Assembly (NCBI GenBank): GCA_963762145.1
Contig: CAVXJS010000015.1
Coordinates: forward strand, 32,001-96,000
DNA: 64,000 bases
Direction of reading: 5' to 3'
From: an uncultured Candidatus Rokubacteria bacterium
Lineage (GTDB): Bacteria; Methylomirabilota; Methylomirabilia; Rokubacteriales; CSP1-6
The translations under genes and the position numbers were made by a program. Every line of letters begins with the position of its first letter. The stretch's first letter is position 1. The notes beneath the pieces were generated by a model. It was not told the DNA's origin. It did not search any database and worked only from the letters and a program-made list of their open reading frames with translations. This document shows, one piece after another, positions 40,204 to 52,890 of the stretch.

Positions 40204-41604
40204 ATGAGCGAGCGCTACGATCTGGTCGTGATCGGCTCCGGTCCCGCCGGCCAGCGGGGCGCCATCGCCGCCGCCAAGCTCGGCAAGCGCGTCGCGATCA
40301 TCGACCGGCAGGCCGCGCTCGGTGGCGTGTGCCTGCACACCGGGACCATCCCCAGCAAGACCCTGCGCGAGGCGATCCTCTATCTCAGCGGACGGCGCGT
40401 GCGGAGCTTCTACGGGCCTGACTACGCGCTCAAGCACCAGATCCGCATCGAGGACCTTCGCCTGAGGGTAGACCAGGTGGTCGCTAGACAGCAGGAGGTG
40501 GTGCGCGACCAGATCCGGCGGAACAGCATCGACTTCGTCGACGGCCTGGCGCGCTTCGTCGATCCGCACACCCTCGAGGTGGAACGGGAAGACGGGCCGC
40601 CACCCGGACGGCTCGAGGCGGACCACGTCCTCATCGCCTGCGGCACGCGACCCGCGCGGCGGGAGGACGTCCCGTTCGACCACCTCGGCATCCGCGACGC
40701 CGACCAGATCTGGGAGACCACCGAAGGCGTCCTCCCCGGCTCGGTCGTCGTCATCGGCGGCGGCGTGATCGGGCTCGAGTACGCCTCGATGCTGGCCGCG
40801 ATGGGAATCGCGGTGACGCTGGTGGACGCGCGCGCCGAGCTCCTGGAATTCGTGGACCGCGAGATCCTCGGCCACCTGCTCGATCACCTGCGGCAGGCCG
40901 GCATGGTGTTCAAGCTGGGCCAGGAGGTCACCGCCGTCCGGGGGAGCCGGGCCGAGGGCGTGAAGGTGGACCTCGCGTCGGGCGAGACGCTGGAAGCCGA
41001 GGCCATGCTCTACGCGGCCGGCCGCCAGCCCAACACCGATCGGTTGAACCTGGCCGCGAGCGGGCTGACGGCGGGCCGGCGCGGCCGGCTCGAGGTCAAC
41101 GGCCAGCTCCAGACGCGCATCCCGCACATCTACGCGGCCGGCGATGTGGTGGGCTTCCCGGCCCTCGCCTCCGTCTCGATGGAGCAGGGACGAGTGGCCG
41201 CCTGCCACATGTTCGGCCAGCCCGCGTCGCTGCCGACCGGACTCCAGCCGTACGGCATCTACACGATCCCCGAGATCTCCACGGTCGGCCAGACCGAGCA
41301 CGAGCTGGCCGCGGCGGGCCGGGCGTACATGGTCGGGCGATCGCGCTTCGACGAGCTCGCCCGGGCCCAGATCATCGGGGACCGGACGGGCCTGCTCAAG
41401 ATCGTCTTCGACCCGGGCAGCCTGCGCCTGCTCGGCGTGCATCTCATCGGCGAGAGCGCGTGCGAGCTGGTCTCCATCGGCCAGGTGATCATGAGCACCG
41501 GCGGCACCCTCGAGACGATCCGGGACACAGTCTTCAACTATCCGACCCTGGCCGAAGCCTACAAGGTCGCGGCGCTGGACGGCCTGAACCGGGCCTCCGC
41601 ATAG
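40204..41604 (+). CDS. sthA: soluble pyridine nucleotide transhydrogenase
   Basis: [28 protein letters not shown] (CxxxGT instead of CxxxxC), [30 protein letters not shown]. Confidence 0.92.
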   Translation: MSERYDLVVIGSGPAGQRGAIAAAKLGKRVAIIDRQAALGGVCLHTGTIPSKTLREAILYLSGRRVRSFYGPDYALKHQIRIEDLRLRVDQVVARQQEVVRDQIRRNSIDFVDGLARFVDPHTLEVEREDGPPPGRLEADHVLIACGTRPARREDVPFDHLGIRDADQIWETTEGVLPGSVVVIGGGVIGLEYASMLAAMGIAVTLVDARAELLEFVDREILGHLLDHLRQAGMVFKLGQEVTAVRGSRAEGVKVDLASGETLEAEAMLYAAGRQPNTDRLNLAASGLTAGRRGRLEVNGQLQTRIPHIYAAGDVVGFPALASVSMEQGRVAACHMFGQPASLPTGLQPYGIYTIPEISTVGQTEHELAAAGRAYMVGRSRFDELARAQIIGDRTGLLKIVFDPGSLRLLGVHLIGESACELVSIGQVIMSTGGTLETIRDTVFNYPTLAEAYKVAALDGLNRASA

Positions 41605-41606
41605 AG

Positions 41607-44255
41607 ATGCTCGCCGAGCAGCGGCGGTTGCTCGAAGCGGAGGCCCGCACCGCGCACTGGCGGCGCTGGGGCCCCTACCTCTCCGAGCGTCAGTGGGGCA
41701 CGGTCCGCGAGGACTACAGCGCGGACGGCAACGCCTGGGAGTACTTCCCGCACGATCACGCGCGCTCGCGCGCCTATCGCTGGGGGGAGGACGGGCTGGG
41801 GGGCATCTCGGACAACCACCAGCGGCTCTGCTTCGCGCTGGCATTGTGGAATGGGCGCGACCCCATCCTCAAGGAGCGTGCCTTCGGGCTGAGCGGGCCG
41901 GAGGGCAACCACGGCGAGGACGTGAAGGAGTACTACTTTTACCTCGATTCCACGCCCACGCACTCGTACATGAAGTTCCTCTACAAGTACCCTCACGCGG
42001 CCTTCCCGTACGCCCGCCTCGTCCAGGAGAATGCCCGGCGCGGTCGGAACGAGCCCGAGTTCGAGCTGGTCGACACCGGGGTCTTCGCCGAGAGCCGTTA
42101 CTTCGACGTCACCGTCGAGTACGCGAAGGCCGGGGCCGACGATATCCTGGTGCGCATCACCGCGGTCAACCGGGGCCCCGAGGACGCGGAGGTTCACCTC
42201 CTGCCGACCCTCTGGTTCCGCAACACCTGGGACTGGGACGTGGGCGCGCCCAAGCCCCGCCTGAGCGCGCCGGAGGGCGTCTCGGGCGCGGCCGCGATCG
42301 CGGCGGAGCACCCGACGCTCGGGCACTACCGGCTTCTCGCCGAGGGGACGCCCGAGCTCCTGTTCGTGGAGAATGAAACCAACGTCGCGCGTCTCTTCCG
42401 CGCCGCCGAGCCTACCCGCTTCCCGAAGGACGGGATCAACGACCACGTCGTCGAGGGGCGGGCCGGGGCCGTGAACCCGGCGCGCGAGGGCACCAAGGCC
42501 GCCGCGCACTACCACCTGACGCTCAAGCCCGGCCAGAACGCGACCCTCCGGCTCCGGCTGAGCGCCGCCGCCCCGACCTCCCCCAGCGGGCCGTTCGGGC
42601 GCGGATTCGACCGGACGATGGCGGCGCGCCTCGAGGAGGCGGACGAGTTCTACGGCCTCGTCATCCCGGCCACCCTGTCGGCCGACGGGCGCTCCGTCAT
42701 GCGGCAGGCGCTCGGGGGCATGCTCTGGAGCAAGCAGTTCTACCACTACGACGTCAAGCGGTGGCTGGCGGGCGATCCGACCCAGCCGCCCCCTCCCCCG
42801 GAGCGCCGGTCCGGACGGAACAGCGACTGGACCCACCTCTACAACGAGGACATCATCTCGATGCCGGACAAATGGGAGTTCCCGTGGTACGCCACGTGGG
42901 ACCTCGCGTTCCATACCATCCCGCTCGCTCTCGTGGACCCCGAGTTCGCCAAGTCGCAGCTCATCCTGTTCCTGCGCGAGTGGTACATGCACCCGAACGG
43001 CCAGAGCCCCGCCTACGAGTGGGCGCTGGGTGACGTCAACCCCCCGGTCCAGGCGTGGGCGGCCTGGCGAGTGTACAAGATCGACCGTCGGATCCGCGGC
43101 GTGGCGGACCGGGACTTCCTCCAGAAGGTCTTCCACAAGCATCTCCTGAACTTCACCTGGTGGGTCAACCGCAAGGACCCGACGGGGCGCAATGTCTTCC
43201 AGGGCGGATTCCTGGGCCTGGACAACATCGGCGTCTTCGACCGCTCGGCGCCGCTGCCGACCGGGGGCTTCCTCGAGCAGTCCGACGGCACCAGCTGGAT
43301 GGCCATGTATTGCCTGAACATGCTCGCGATGGCCCTCGAGCTCGCGCGCGAGGATCCGGCCTACGAAGACGTCGCGAGCAAGTTCCTCGAGCACTTCGTG
43401 TACATCGCGTACGCCACGTGTCACGTGGGCGGACAGGACGTGAACCTCTGGGACGAGGAGGACGGCTTCTTCTACGACGTCCTGGCGCTCCCGGACGGGC
43501 AGCGGCACCGCCTGAAGGTGCGCTCGCTGGTGGGCCTGATCCCCCTCTTCGCGGTCGCGACGTGGGACAGCGAGCACACCGACCGCCTCCCGGGCTTCAT
43601 GCGGCGGGCCCGATGGTTCAGCGCCAACAATCCCGAGTTCCGCGAGCACGTCGCGGCGATCGACAAGCCGGGCGGCGGAAAGCGCTTCCTCACCTCGATC
43701 GTCACGACGGCCCAGCTCCCCCGACTCCTCCGCTTCATGCTGGACGAAACCGAGTTCCTCTCGCCGTACGGCGTCCGGGCCCTGTCGCGCCACCACAAGG
43801 ATCACCCGTACGTCCTGCACGTCGACGGCCGGGATCACCGGGTGAGCTACGATCCGGCGGAGTCCTCCACCAGCCTCTTCGGAGGCAACTCGAACTGGCG
43901 CGGGCCGGTGTGGTTTCCCGTCAATTTCCTCCTCATCGACTCGCTCCAGAAGTTCCACCACTTCTTCGGCGACGACTTCAAGATCGCGTGCCCGACGGGC
44001 TCCGACCAGATGATGAGCCTCTCGCAGGTCGCCGCGGAGCTGTCGCGGCGGCTCTCGCGCATCTTCCTCCCCGGGGAGGACGGGAGCTGCCCCGTCCACG
44101 GCGGCACCGAGCCCTTGTGGCGCGACCCGCACTGGCGCGGCCTGATCCCCTTCCACGAGTACTTCCACGGCGACACCGGCGCCGGGCTCGGCGCCAGCCA
44201 CCAGACCGGCTGGACGGGCCTCGTCGCCAAGCTCCTCCAGCAGAGCGGCGAGTGA
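41607..44255 (+). CDS. GH63/MGH1-like glucosidase
   Basis: [67 protein letters not shown]. Confidence 0.88.
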   Translation: MLAEQRRLLEAEARTAHWRRWGPYLSERQWGTVREDYSADGNAWEYFPHDHARSRAYRWGEDGLGGISDNHQRLCFALALWNGRDPILKERAFGLSGPEGNHGEDVKEYYFYLDSTPTHSYMKFLYKYPHAAFPYARLVQENARRGRNEPEFELVDTGVFAESRYFDVTVEYAKAGADDILVRITAVNRGPEDAEVHLLPTLWFRNTWDWDVGAPKPRLSAPEGVSGAAAIAAEHPTLGHYRLLAEGTPELLFVENETNVARLFRAAEPTRFPKDGINDHVVEGRAGAVNPAREGTKAAAHYHLTLKPGQNATLRLRLSAAAPTSPSGPFGRGFDRTMAARLEEADEFYGLVIPATLSADGRSVMRQALGGMLWSKQFYHYDVKRWLAGDPTQPPPPPERRSGRNSDWTHLYNEDIISMPDKWEFPWYATWDLAFHTIPLALVDPEFAKSQLILFLREWYMHPNGQSPAYEWALGDVNPPVQAWAAWRVYKIDRRIRGVADRDFLQKVFHKHLLNFTWWVNRKDPTGRNVFQGGFLGLDNIGVFDRSAPLPTGGFLEQSDGTSWMAMYCLNMLAMALELAREDPAYEDVASKFLEHFVYIAYATCHVGGQDVNLWDEEDGFFYDVLALPDGQRHRLKVRSLVGLIPLFAVATWDSEHTDRLPGFMRRARWFSANNPEFREHVAAIDKPGGGKRFLTSIVTTAQLPRLLRFMLDETEFLSPYGVRALSRHHKDHPYVLHVDGRDHRVSYDPAESSTSLFGGNSNWRGPVWFPVNFLLIDSLQKFHHFFGDDFKIACPTGSDQMMSLSQVAAELSRRLSRIFLPGEDGSCPVHGGTEPLWRDPHWRGLIPFHEYFHGDTGAGLGASHQTGWTGLVAKLLQQSGE

Positions 44256-44256
44256 C

Positions 44257-45588
44257 GTGAGCGTGAGCTCCCCGCGACCGGCAGTCTGGGGCGTCTTCGC
44301 CCGGTTCATCCACGCGGAAGTGACCGGGAGCATCCTGCTCCTGGCCAGCACGGTCGTCGCCCTCGCCTGGGCCAACTCGCCGTGGCGCGAGAGCTATGAC
44401 CACCTGCTCCACATGAAGCTCGGGCTGACGTGGGGCGCGCAGTCCTTCGCACTCTCGCTTCACGAGTGGGTCAACGACGGTCTCATGGTCCTCTTCTTCT
44501 TCGTGGTCGGCCTGGAGATCAAGCGCGAGGTCGTCGTCGGGCACCTGTCCTCGTTGCGACTCGCCGTTCTCCCCGCCTCCGCGGCGGTGGGTGGCATGCT
44601 GCTGCCCGCCGCCATCTATGCCGTCTTCAACGCGACCGGACCGGGCGCCCGCGGGTGGGGCATCCCGATGGCCACCGACATCGCGTTCGCGCTGGGCGTG
44701 CTGGCCCTGCTCGGCTCCCGGGCCCCGGTGGCGCTGAAGGTCTTCCTCACCGCGCTCGCCATCGCCGACGACCTGGGCGCCGTGCTCGTCATCGCGCTCT
44801 TCTACACCGAGACCATCCGCTTGGACGCGCTGGTCTACGCCGCGGTCTTTCTCGCCGGGTTCTTCGTTCTGCTCCGCGCGAGGGTGCGGCAGCCGCTGGT
44901 GCTGCTCATCCCGGTGCTCGCGGTGTGGCTGGCCGTCTTCGCCTCGGGCCTCCACGCGACCGTGGCCGGGATCCTGGTCGCCCTGATGGTGCCGATGAAA
45001 TCACCGATCCGACCGCAGCGCTTCGTGGAGATCGTCCGGAGCCGTCTGCCCGAGCTCGAGCGGGGCGACGTGACCCGGCAGAGCGTTCTGCTCGAGGAGC
45101 GGCAGCTCGACACCGTCCTCGAGCTGCACGAGGCGGCCGCCGATCTCCGACCGCCCGGGCTCACCCTCGAGCGCCTCCTGCATCCGGTGCAGGCCTACCT
45201 GGTCTTGCCGCTTTTCGCCCTCTTCAACGCCGGGATCGCGATCGACGGGCACGTGCTCGATGTCGTGACGGGCCCGATCAGCGTGGGCGTGATCCTGGGC
45301 CTCCTGATCGGCAAGCCGCTCGGCATCATGCTCTTCAGCTGGCTGGCCGTGCGGACCGGGCTGGCCGGCCTCCCACCCGACCTCGGGTGGCCCGCACTGG
45401 GCGCCGTGAGTTTTCTCGCCGGCATCGGGTTCACCATGTCGCTCTTCGTGAGCGAGCTCGCCGTCAAGGCGGGGCCGGCGCTCAGCCAGGCCAAGATCGG
45501 GGTCCTCGCCGCCTCGCTGCTGGCGGGGGCGATCGGCTACCTGCTCCTGCGTCTCACGCTGCCGCGGGCTGCGGACACGCGCCGATGA
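44257..45588 (+). CDS. nhaA: Na+/H+ antiporter NhaA
   Basis: WVNDGLM, GLEIKRE, GWGIPMATDIAF, ALAIADDLGA, GIGFTMSLF. Confidence 0.95.
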   Translation: MSVSSPRPAVWGVFARFIHAEVTGSILLLASTVVALAWANSPWRESYDHLLHMKLGLTWGAQSFALSLHEWVNDGLMVLFFFVVGLEIKREVVVGHLSSLRLAVLPASAAVGGMLLPAAIYAVFNATGPGARGWGIPMATDIAFALGVLALLGSRAPVALKVFLTALAIADDLGAVLVIALFYTETIRLDALVYAAVFLAGFFVLLRARVRQPLVLLIPVLAVWLAVFASGLHATVAGILVALMVPMKSPIRPQRFVEIVRSRLPELERGDVTRQSVLLEERQLDTVLELHEAAADLRPPGLTLERLLHPVQAYLVLPLFALFNAGIAIDGHVLDVVTGPISVGVILGLLIGKPLGIMLFSWLAVRTGLAGLPPDLGWPALGAVSFLAGIGFTMSLFVSELAVKAGPALSQAKIGVLAASLLAGAIGYLLLRLTLPRAADTRR

Positions 45589-45598
45589 TCAACGGGCG

Positions 45599-47371
45599 CT
45601 AGACGGAACCGGGCGCGGACAGGGCCTTGGCGCTCGAGATTAGCGCCAGGTGCGTGAACGCCTGGGGGAAGTTGCCCACGAGGCGCTTGAGGCCCGGGTC
45701 GTATTCCTCGGCGAACAGGCCGACGTCGTTCTGCACGGCCAGAAGCCGGCGGAACAGAGCCTCGGCCTCCGGCCGGCGGCCGATCAGCGCCAGCGCGTTG
45801 ACCAGCCAGAAGCTGCACGCCAGGAACGCGCCCTCGCCGGGCGGCAGCCCGTCCGCCGCATGGTCGTCCGGTATGTAGCGCATCACGAAGCCATCCCGGA
45901 CGAGCTCGCGCTGGACGGCCTCGACGGTCCCGACGACGCGCGGATCGGACGGCGGGAGGAATCCGACCTGCGGGATCAGCAGCAGTGCGGCATCGAGCTG
46001 CCTGGAGCCGTAGTACTGCGTGAACGTGTTGCGGCCGGCGTCGTAGCCCTCGCGGCACACCTCCGCGTGGATGTCGGCGCGCATCTGCCGGAAGCGTTCC
46101 ACCGGGCCGTCGAGCCCCAGCTCCTCGATCGCCCGGATCGTGCGGTCGGCGGCCACCCAGGCCATGACCTTCGAGTGCACGAAGTGCCGCTTCGGGCCGC
46201 GCACCTCCCATATTCCTTCATCGGGCTCCCGCCAGTGCGACTCGAGCCACTCGATGACACGCCGCTGCACGCTCCATCCCTGGGGTGCCGGCGGCATCCC
46301 GAGCTGCCGAGCCCGAGACACGGTGTCGATCACCTCGCCATATACGTCCAGCTGTCGCTGACCGGACGCGGCGTTGCCGACCCGGACCGGACGCGAGTTC
46401 TCGTAGCCGGGCAGCCAGTCGAGCTCGTACTCGTCGAGCCGGCGCTCTCCGCCGAGGCCGTACATGATCTGGAGCTCCTCGGGATCACCCGCGACCGCGC
46501 GCAGCACCCAGTCACGCCACCTGACCGCCTCGTCCACGTAACCGGCCGACATCAGCGCGTCCAGCGTGAAGACGGCATCCCGCAGCCAGCAGAAGCGGTA
46601 GTCCCAGTTCCGGACCCCGCCGATGAACTCCGGCAGCGAGGTCGTCGGGGCGGCCACGATCCCGCCCGTCGGCGCGTACGTCAGCGCCTTGAGCGTGAGC
46701 AGCGAGCGCCCCACCTCCTCGGGCCAGCCGCCCCGGTAGGTGGAACGGCCCGACCACTCCCGCCACCACGCCTCGGTCTCGCCAAGCGCGGCGGCGGGCT
46801 CGACGGGTGCCGGGGGCGCCTCCCACGAGGGATACGAGGTGAGCAGGAAGCTCACGCGCAGGCCGGGGCCGACCGTGAACTCGGCCGAGTGCTCGAAGTC
46901 GTGGCCGCGAAGCGGCACATCGCCGCGCAGCTCGAGCGCGTCCGGACCGGCGCCCACGCGAAGCGCGTCGCCGTCCTGGCTCACCCAGGGCCGGCTGCGT
47001 CCATAGTCGAAGCGGGGCTTGAAGCGCATCCTCATCGGCACCTCGCCTCGCACGCCCTCGACCACCCGCACGATCCGCGAGTGCGACCTCCACGGCGGCA
47101 TGCAGTCGACGACGCGCGCGGCGCCGTCCGCGGTCTCGAACTCCGTCTCGAGCACGAGCGTCGGACCCCGGTAGCGCCGCGTGGTCCGGGCCACCTCGGC
47201 GCGAGGGGCCACGTCCCAGAATCCGTGCTCGCCCGTCCCGAGCAACGACGCGAAGCACGCGGGGGCGTCAAAACGGGGCAGGCAGAGCCAGTCGATGGAC
47301 CCGTTGGTGCCGACCAGCGCGATCGTATGCGTGTCGCCGATCAGCGCGTAATCCTCTATGCGCAGTGACAT
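45599..47371 (-). CDS. GH15 glucoamylase/trehalase-like hydrolase
   Basis: IEDYALIGD, AAPTTSLPE..GGVRNWDYRFCWLRD, QLDVYGE, DEGIWEVR, GNFPQAFTH. Confidence 0.92.
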   Translation of the reverse strand: MSLRIEDYALIGDTHTIALVGTNGSIDWLCLPRFDAPACFASLLGTGEHGFWDVAPRAEVARTTRRYRGPTLVLETEFETADGAARVVDCMPPWRSHSRIVRVVEGVRGEVPMRMRFKPRFDYGRSRPWVSQDGDALRVGAGPDALELRGDVPLRGHDFEHSAEFTVGPGLRVSFLLTSYPSWEAPPAPVEPAAALGETEAWWREWSGRSTYRGGWPEEVGRSLLTLKALTYAPTGGIVAAPTTSLPEFIGGVRNWDYRFCWLRDAVFTLDALMSAGYVDEAVRWRDWVLRAVAGDPEELQIMYGLGGERRLDEYELDWLPGYENSRPVRVGNAASGQRQLDVYGEVIDTVSRARQLGMPPAPQGWSVQRRVIEWLESHWREPDEGIWEVRGPKRHFVHSKVMAWVAADRTIRAIEELGLDGPVERFRQMRADIHAEVCREGYDAGRNTFTQYYGSRQLDAALLLIPQVGFLPPSDPRVVGTVEAVQRELVRDGFVMRYIPDDHAADGLPPGEGAFLACSFWLVNALALIGRRPEAEALFRRLLAVQNDVGLFAEEYDPGLKRLVGNFPQAFTHLALISSAKALSAPGSV

Positions 47372-47444
47372 CCGGGCGATCTTAACCCACCCCGAGAGCC
47401 ACTTGACCTGGAGTTCTTTTCGGCGGATTCTTCAGCGCGTCGAG

Positions 47445-48482
47445 ATGCCAAGGGTGCTCACCAGCAGACTCCTCGCCGTGATCCTGGCCGCCACGCTGCT
47501 CCCCGCCTTCGCCCCCGCGGCCCGGGCCCAGAACCTGGACGATCTCTTCCGCAAGGTGAGCCCGGCCGTCGTCGTCGTGCGGAGCAAGGGGCGCGACGTC
47601 GGCCCCACGGGGATCTTCCGCTTCAGGGAGACGGGGTCCGGGGTCCTGATCTCCAGCAACGGCCAGGTGGCGACGGCCGCGCACGTCGTCAACGGCATGG
47701 ACGAGATCACCGTCGAGGGTGTCGGCGGTGAGGTCGTGCGCGCGACCCTCCTCTCAGCCGATGCGGCCGCCGATGTCGCGCTCCTGCAGCTCGAGCGGGT
47801 GACCAAGGCCATGCGGGTCGCGCAGATGGGCGACTCCGACACGGTGCAGGTGGGCCAGCAGGCCCTCATCGTCGGCGCGCCCTACGGGCTCTCGTACTCG
47901 ATGAGCGTGGGCTGGATCAGCGCCCGCTGGCCGCCCAACACGATCTTCCCCGACATGCCCCTGGCGGAGTTTCTTCAGACCACCGCCACCATCAACACCG
48001 GCAACTCCGGGGGCCCCCTGTTCAACATGGCAGGCGAGGTCATCGGCATCGTCAGCCAGAACATCTCGAAGTCCGGCGGCAGCGAGGGGCTGGGCTTCGT
48101 CGTGACCATCAACAGCGCGCGACGCCTCCTGGTCCCCCGGAAGGTGTTCTGGGGTGCGCTCCAGGGCCTCCTCCTCACCGGCGACCTCGCGGCGATCTTC
48201 AACGTCCCCGCGCCGGCCGGGTTCCTCGTCAAGACGGTCGCCCAGGGCTCGACGGCGTGGAACATGGGGCTGCAGGGGGGCGACCGGGTCGTCACCATCG
48301 GCGGGAAGGAGATCGCCCTGGGTGGCGACATCATCCTCTCGGTCGACGGCATCCCCGTGGTGTCCGAGGACAGCATCGAGATGATCCGCAACCGGCTGGC
48401 CGGCGGGTCCCCGGGCACCACGCTCAAGATGAGCGTGCTCCGCGCCGGCAAGGTCCTCGAGCTCACCGGCACGAGCCAGTAG
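47445..48482 (+). CDS. S1C (HtrA/DegP-like) serine protease with PDZ
   Basis: GSGV, TAAHVV, DVALL, INTGNSGGPL. Confidence 0.88.
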   Translation: MPRVLTSRLLAVILAATLLPAFAPAARAQNLDDLFRKVSPAVVVVRSKGRDVGPTGIFRFRETGSGVLISSNGQVATAAHVVNGMDEITVEGVGGEVVRATLLSADAAADVALLQLERVTKAMRVAQMGDSDTVQVGQQALIVGAPYGLSYSMSVGWISARWPPNTIFPDMPLAEFLQTTATINTGNSGGPLFNMAGEVIGIVSQNISKSGGSEGLGFVVTINSARRLLVPRKVFWGALQGLLLTGDLAAIFNVPAPAGFLVKTVAQGSTAWNMGLQGGDRVVTIGGKEIALGGDIILSVDGIPVVSEDSIEMIRNRLAGGSPGTTLKMSVLRAGKVLELTGTSQ

Positions 48483-48499
48483 CCGGTCCGGCCCGAGGC

Positions 48500-48517
48500 G
48501 TAGCACCAAGGTCTTAT
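48500..48517. promoter_or_regulatory. palindrome site 14 GTAGCACCAAGGTCTTAT
   Basis: GACTCT 22 nt (TAAGAT 27 nt) downstream on +, ahead of the tal operon. Confidence 0.72.
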
Positions 48518-48592
48518 AGACCCGGCTCCTCGTGTCCGCGACTCTAAGATCGCACGACGTCCGCTACCCGAGCCGTGCCTGGAGGTGACGCG

Positions 48593-49687
48593 ATGAAGGC
48601 AACGCAGATGCTTCACGAGCTGGGCCAGAGCCTGTGGCTCGACAACATCACGCGTGACATGCTGCAGAACGGCACGCTCAAGCGGTACATCGACGAGCTG
48701 TCGGTCACCGGCCTCACGTCCAACCCGACGATCTTCAACCAGGCCATCAAGAGCAGCACCGCCTACGATGCCGCGATCCACCAGAAGCTCCGGGAGGGCA
48801 AGACCGGAGAGGCGCTGTTCTTCGAGCTGGCGCTCGCCGACCTCACCCAGGCCGCCGATCTGTTCCGGCCGATCTGGGACCGGACGAACGGCGTGGACGG
48901 CTGGGTGTCGCTCGAGGTCTCGCCACTGCTCGCCTACGATACGGCCAGCACCCTCGCCGCGGCCAAGGACCTGCACGCCCGCGCGGGGCGCCCCAACCTC
49001 TTCATCAAGATCCCCGGCACCTCGGAGGGCTTACCCGCCATCGAGGAGGCGATCTTCGCGGGGGTCCCGATCAACGTGACGCTCCTGTTCTCGCGCCAGC
49101 AGTACGTGGCGGCCGCCGAGGCGTTCCTTCGCGGCATCGAGCGGCGCATCGCGGCCGGGCTCAAGCCCGAGGTCGGGTCGGTGGCCTCGGTGTTCGTCAG
49201 CCGATGGGACGCCGCCGTCGCGGCCAAGGTGCCGGAGGCGCTGCACAACCAGCTGGGCATCGCCATCGCGAAGCGCACCTACAAGGCGGCCCGCGCCCTG
49301 CTCGGCTCGCCGCGCTGGGGGCGCGCCTACAATGCCGGCGCCCGTCCGCAACGCCCCCTGTGGGCCAGCACGGGAACCAAGGACCCGCAGGCGTCCGACG
49401 TGCTCTACGTCAAGGCGCTCGCCGCCCCGTTCACGGTGAACACGATGCCCGAGGGCACCTTGAAGGCGCTCGCCGACCACGGCCAGCTCAGCGAGATCCT
49501 GCCCGCGGACGGGGGTAACTGTGAAGAGGTGATCGCGCAGTTCGCGCGGGCCGGCGTCGATGTCGATGCCCTCGCCGCCCAGCTCCAGGACGAAGGGGCG
49601 AAGTCCTTCGTGAAGTCCTGGCACGAGCTCATGACGGTCCTCGACTCCAAGAGCGCGGCCCTGGGGACCGCGCGCAAGGCTCCGTGA
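48593..49687 (+). CDS. tal: transaldolase
   Basis: GQSLWLDNI, GLTSNPTIF, VSLEVSP, IKIPGT, NVTLLFS, WASTGTK. Confidence 0.95.
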   Translation: MKATQMLHELGQSLWLDNITRDMLQNGTLKRYIDELSVTGLTSNPTIFNQAIKSSTAYDAAIHQKLREGKTGEALFFELALADLTQAADLFRPIWDRTNGVDGWVSLEVSPLLAYDTASTLAAAKDLHARAGRPNLFIKIPGTSEGLPAIEEAIFAGVPINVTLLFSRQQYVAAAEAFLRGIERRIAAGLKPEVGSVASVFVSRWDAAVAAKVPEALHNQLGIAIAKRTYKAARALLGSPRWGRAYNAGARPQRPLWASTGTKDPQASDVLYVKALAAPFTVNTMPEGTLKALADHGQLSEILPADGGNCEEVIAQFARAGVDVDALAAQLQDEGAKSFVKSWHELMTVLDSKSAALGTARKAP

Positions 49688-50400
49688 AGATCCTGGTCGT
49701 CGACATCGGCGGGACCAACGTCAAGATGCTCGCGAGCGGGCAGCGCGAGCCACGCAAGTTCCCTTCCGGCCCGACCCTGACGCCCCGGCAGATGGCGGCT
49801 GGAGTCAAGCAGGCTGTCCAGGGGTGGCAGTACGATGCGGTATCGATCGGCTACCCGGGGCCGGTGCGCCTTGGCCAGCCCGCCTCGGAGCCCCACAATC
49901 TCGGCAAGGGATGGGTCGCGTTCAACTATCGCGCCGCCTTCGGGCGACCCGTGAAGATCATCAACGACGCGGCGATGCAGGCGCTGGGAAGCTACGAGGG
50001 CGGGAGGATGCTGTTCCTGGGGCTCGGGACCGGGCTCGGCTCGACCCTGATCGCCGACGGCGTCATCCAGCCGATGGAGCTCGGTCACCTGCCCTACCGG
50101 AAGGGCACCTTCGAGGATTACCTGGGGATACGGGGCCTGGAGCAGAGGGGGAAGAAGAAGTGGCGGGCCGCGGTCGAGGACGCCGTCGCCCGTCTCGTCG
50201 CGGCCCTGCAACCCGATACCGTGGTGCTCGGGGGAGGCAACGTCAAGAAGCTGAAGGCGCTACCGCCCCTCTCTCGGGCCGGCGTCAACGCCAACGCATT
50301 CCGGGGAGGCTTCCGCCTGTGGGAGGCGACGGACGACGGCAAGATGTCCGTCAAGCCGAGCCGGCTGCTCTCCCCGGAAAGACACCTGAAGCTCCGCTAA
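49684..50400 (+). CDS. ROK-family (polyphosphate) glucokinase-like protein
   Basis: [42 protein letters not shown]. Confidence 0.85.
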   Translation: MKILVVDIGGTNVKMLASGQREPRKFPSGPTLTPRQMAAGVKQAVQGWQYDAVSIGYPGPVRLGQPASEPHNLGKGWVAFNYRAAFGRPVKIINDAAMQALGSYEGGRMLFLGLGTGLGSTLIADGVIQPMELGHLPYRKGTFEDYLGIRGLEQRGKKKWRAAVEDAVARLVAALQPDTVVLGGGNVKKLKALPPLSRAGVNANAFRGGFRLWEATDDGKMSVKPSRLLSPERHLKLR

Positions 50401-50410
50401 GGAGGCACCA

Positions 50411-51432
50411 ATGCAGCTCGGAATGATCGGCCTCGGTCGGATGGGCGCCAACATGGTGCGCCGGCTCATCGCGGGCGGCCATCAGTGCGTGGTCTTCGAC
50501 ATGTCCCCGAACGCGGTGAAGGAGCTGGCCCAGGAGAACGCGATCGGGGCGGCCTCGCCCGCCGACTTCGTGAAGAAGCTGGACAAGCCGCGCGCGCTCT
50601 GGCTGATGGTCCCGGCGGCCGTCGTGGACAGCACCATCGACGCCGTGCTGCCCCATCTCGAGCGGGGCGACATCGTCATCGACGGCGGCAATTCCTACTA
50701 CGTCGACGACATCCGGCGCGCCAAGGAGCTCGCCGCCAAGGGCATCCACTACGTGGACGTGGGGACGAGCGGTGGGGTGTGGGGCCTGACCCGCGGGTAC
50801 TGCATGATGATCGGCGGCGAGGAGGCGGTGGTCAAGCACCTCGATCCGATCTTCGCCCGCCTGGCTCCCGGTGCGACCGAGATCGAGCGCACCCCGGGGC
50901 GCGAGAAGATCAAGGGCACCGCCGAGCAGGGATATCTCCACTGCGGGCCGAACGGCGCCGGCCATTTCGTCAAGATGGTGCACAACGGCATCGAGTACGG
51001 CGCTGATGGCCGCCTATGCCGAGGGCATGGGCATCCTGCGGTCCGCCAATGTCGGCAAGCAGGACCACGCCAGCGACGCCGAGACGACGCCGCTGCGCGA
51101 CCCCGAGCACTACCAGTACGACTTCAACCTGCCCGACATCGCCGAGGTGTGGCGGCGCGGCAGCGTCATCGCCTCGTGGCTGCTCGACCTGACCGCGATC
51201 GCCCTGATCAAGGATCCCGACCCTCTCCAAATTCGCGGGCCGGGTCTCCGACTCGGGCGAGGGGCGGTGGACGATCAAGGCCGCCATCGACGAGGCCGTG
51301 CCGGCGCACGGTCCTGTCGCCGCCCTGTACGAGCGATTCAGCTCGCGCGGCGAGGCAGAGTTCCAGGACAAGCTGCTCTCGGCCATGCGCTTCGAGTTCG
51401 GCGGCCACCACGAGAAGCCGGGCGGCAAGTAG
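50411..51432 (+). CDS. gnd: 6-phosphogluconate dehydrogenase (short decarboxylating type), frameshifted
   Basis: [53 protein letters not shown] across frames. Confidence 0.9.
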
Positions 51433-51454
51433 CGCCCCGCCGGAAGGAGCTGCC

Positions 51455-52869
51455 GTGAGCACGTCCCACTCCGACGCCCTGGTCTTCTTCGGCGCCACCG
51501 GCGACCTGGCCTACAAGAAGATCTTCCCGTCGCTCCAGGCGATGGCGAAGCGCGGCCACCTCGACGTGCCGGTCATCGGCGTGGCCAAGGCGGGCTGGAG
51601 CCTCGAGCAGCTCAAGGCCCGGGCGAAGGACAGCCTCGAGAAGCACGGCGGACTCGATCCGGCCGCGTTCGCCAAGCTCGCCGGCCTGCTGCGCTACGTC
51701 GACGGCGACTACCACGATCCGGCGACGTTCGCGGCGATTCGCGAAGCGAGCTCGGCTCGGCCCAGCGCCCGGCGCACTACCTGGCCATCCCGCCCGTCCT
51801 GTTCGGGCTGGTGGTGGAGCAGCTCGCCGGTCGGGCTGCGCCAAGGCGGCCCGCGTCATCGTCGAGAAGCCCTTCGGGACCGACCTCGCCTCGGCCAGGA
51901 GCTGAACCGGATCCTGCTCAGCACCTTCGACGAGAAGTCGATCTTCCGCATCGACCACTACCTCGGCAAGCGGCCGGTCCACAACATGCTCTTCTTCCGC
52001 TTCGCGAACACGTTCCTCGAGCCGTTCTGGAACCGCCAGCACGTCGAGAGCGTGCAGATCACCATGGCCGAGAACTTCGGCGTCCAGGGCCGCGGCGCGT
52101 TCTACGACGCGACCGGCACCATCCGCGACGTGATCCAGAACCACCTGCTTCCAGGTCCTGACCAACCTGGCCATGGAACCGCCGGTCCGGACCGACAGCG
52201 AATCGATCCGCGACGAGAAGGTCAAGGTCCTCAAGGCGATGCCGCCGCTCGGCGCCGAAGAACGTCGTCCGCGGCCAGTTCCGCGGCTACCGCCAGGAGA
52301 CGGGCGTGGCGCCGGACTCCAGGTCGAGACCTTCGCCGCGCTGCGAGCTCGACGATCGACTCGTGGCGCTGGAAGAGGCGTGCCGTTCTACATCCGCGCC
52401 GGGAAGACTCTGCCGGTCACCTGCACCGAGATCCTCGTCCGGCTCCGCCAGCCGCCGACGATGTATCCAGCACTTCGACCTCAAGCCGAACTACTTTCGG
52501 CTTCCGCATCAGTCCCGACGTCACGATCGCCCTCGGCATGAACGTCATGGCGCCGGGCGAGGAGATGGTCGGCGAGCGGTCGAGACTGCTGGCAGCCGCC
52601 ACCCCGCGCGGACGAGATGGACGCCTACGAGCGGGTGCTCGGCGACGCGATGGACGGCGACGCGACCCTGTTCGCCCGCGAGGACTACGTCGAGGAGGCG
52701 TGGCGCATCGTCGACCCGGTGCTGAAGGCGAGCACACCGGTCTACGAATACGAGCCCGGCACCTGGGGACCGCCAAGGAGGTCGTGACCAGCAGATGTCG
52801 CCTCCCGGCGGCTGGCATGGCCCGACGATCGACCGCCGGCCGCCCGGCGCAGCGAGGAGAGACCGATGA
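51455..52869 (+). CDS. zwf: glucose-6-phosphate dehydrogenase, multiply frameshifted
   Basis: [49 protein letters not shown]; end approximate. Confidence 0.88.
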
Positions 52870-52890
52870 GGGTCGCCGCATCGTGACCCG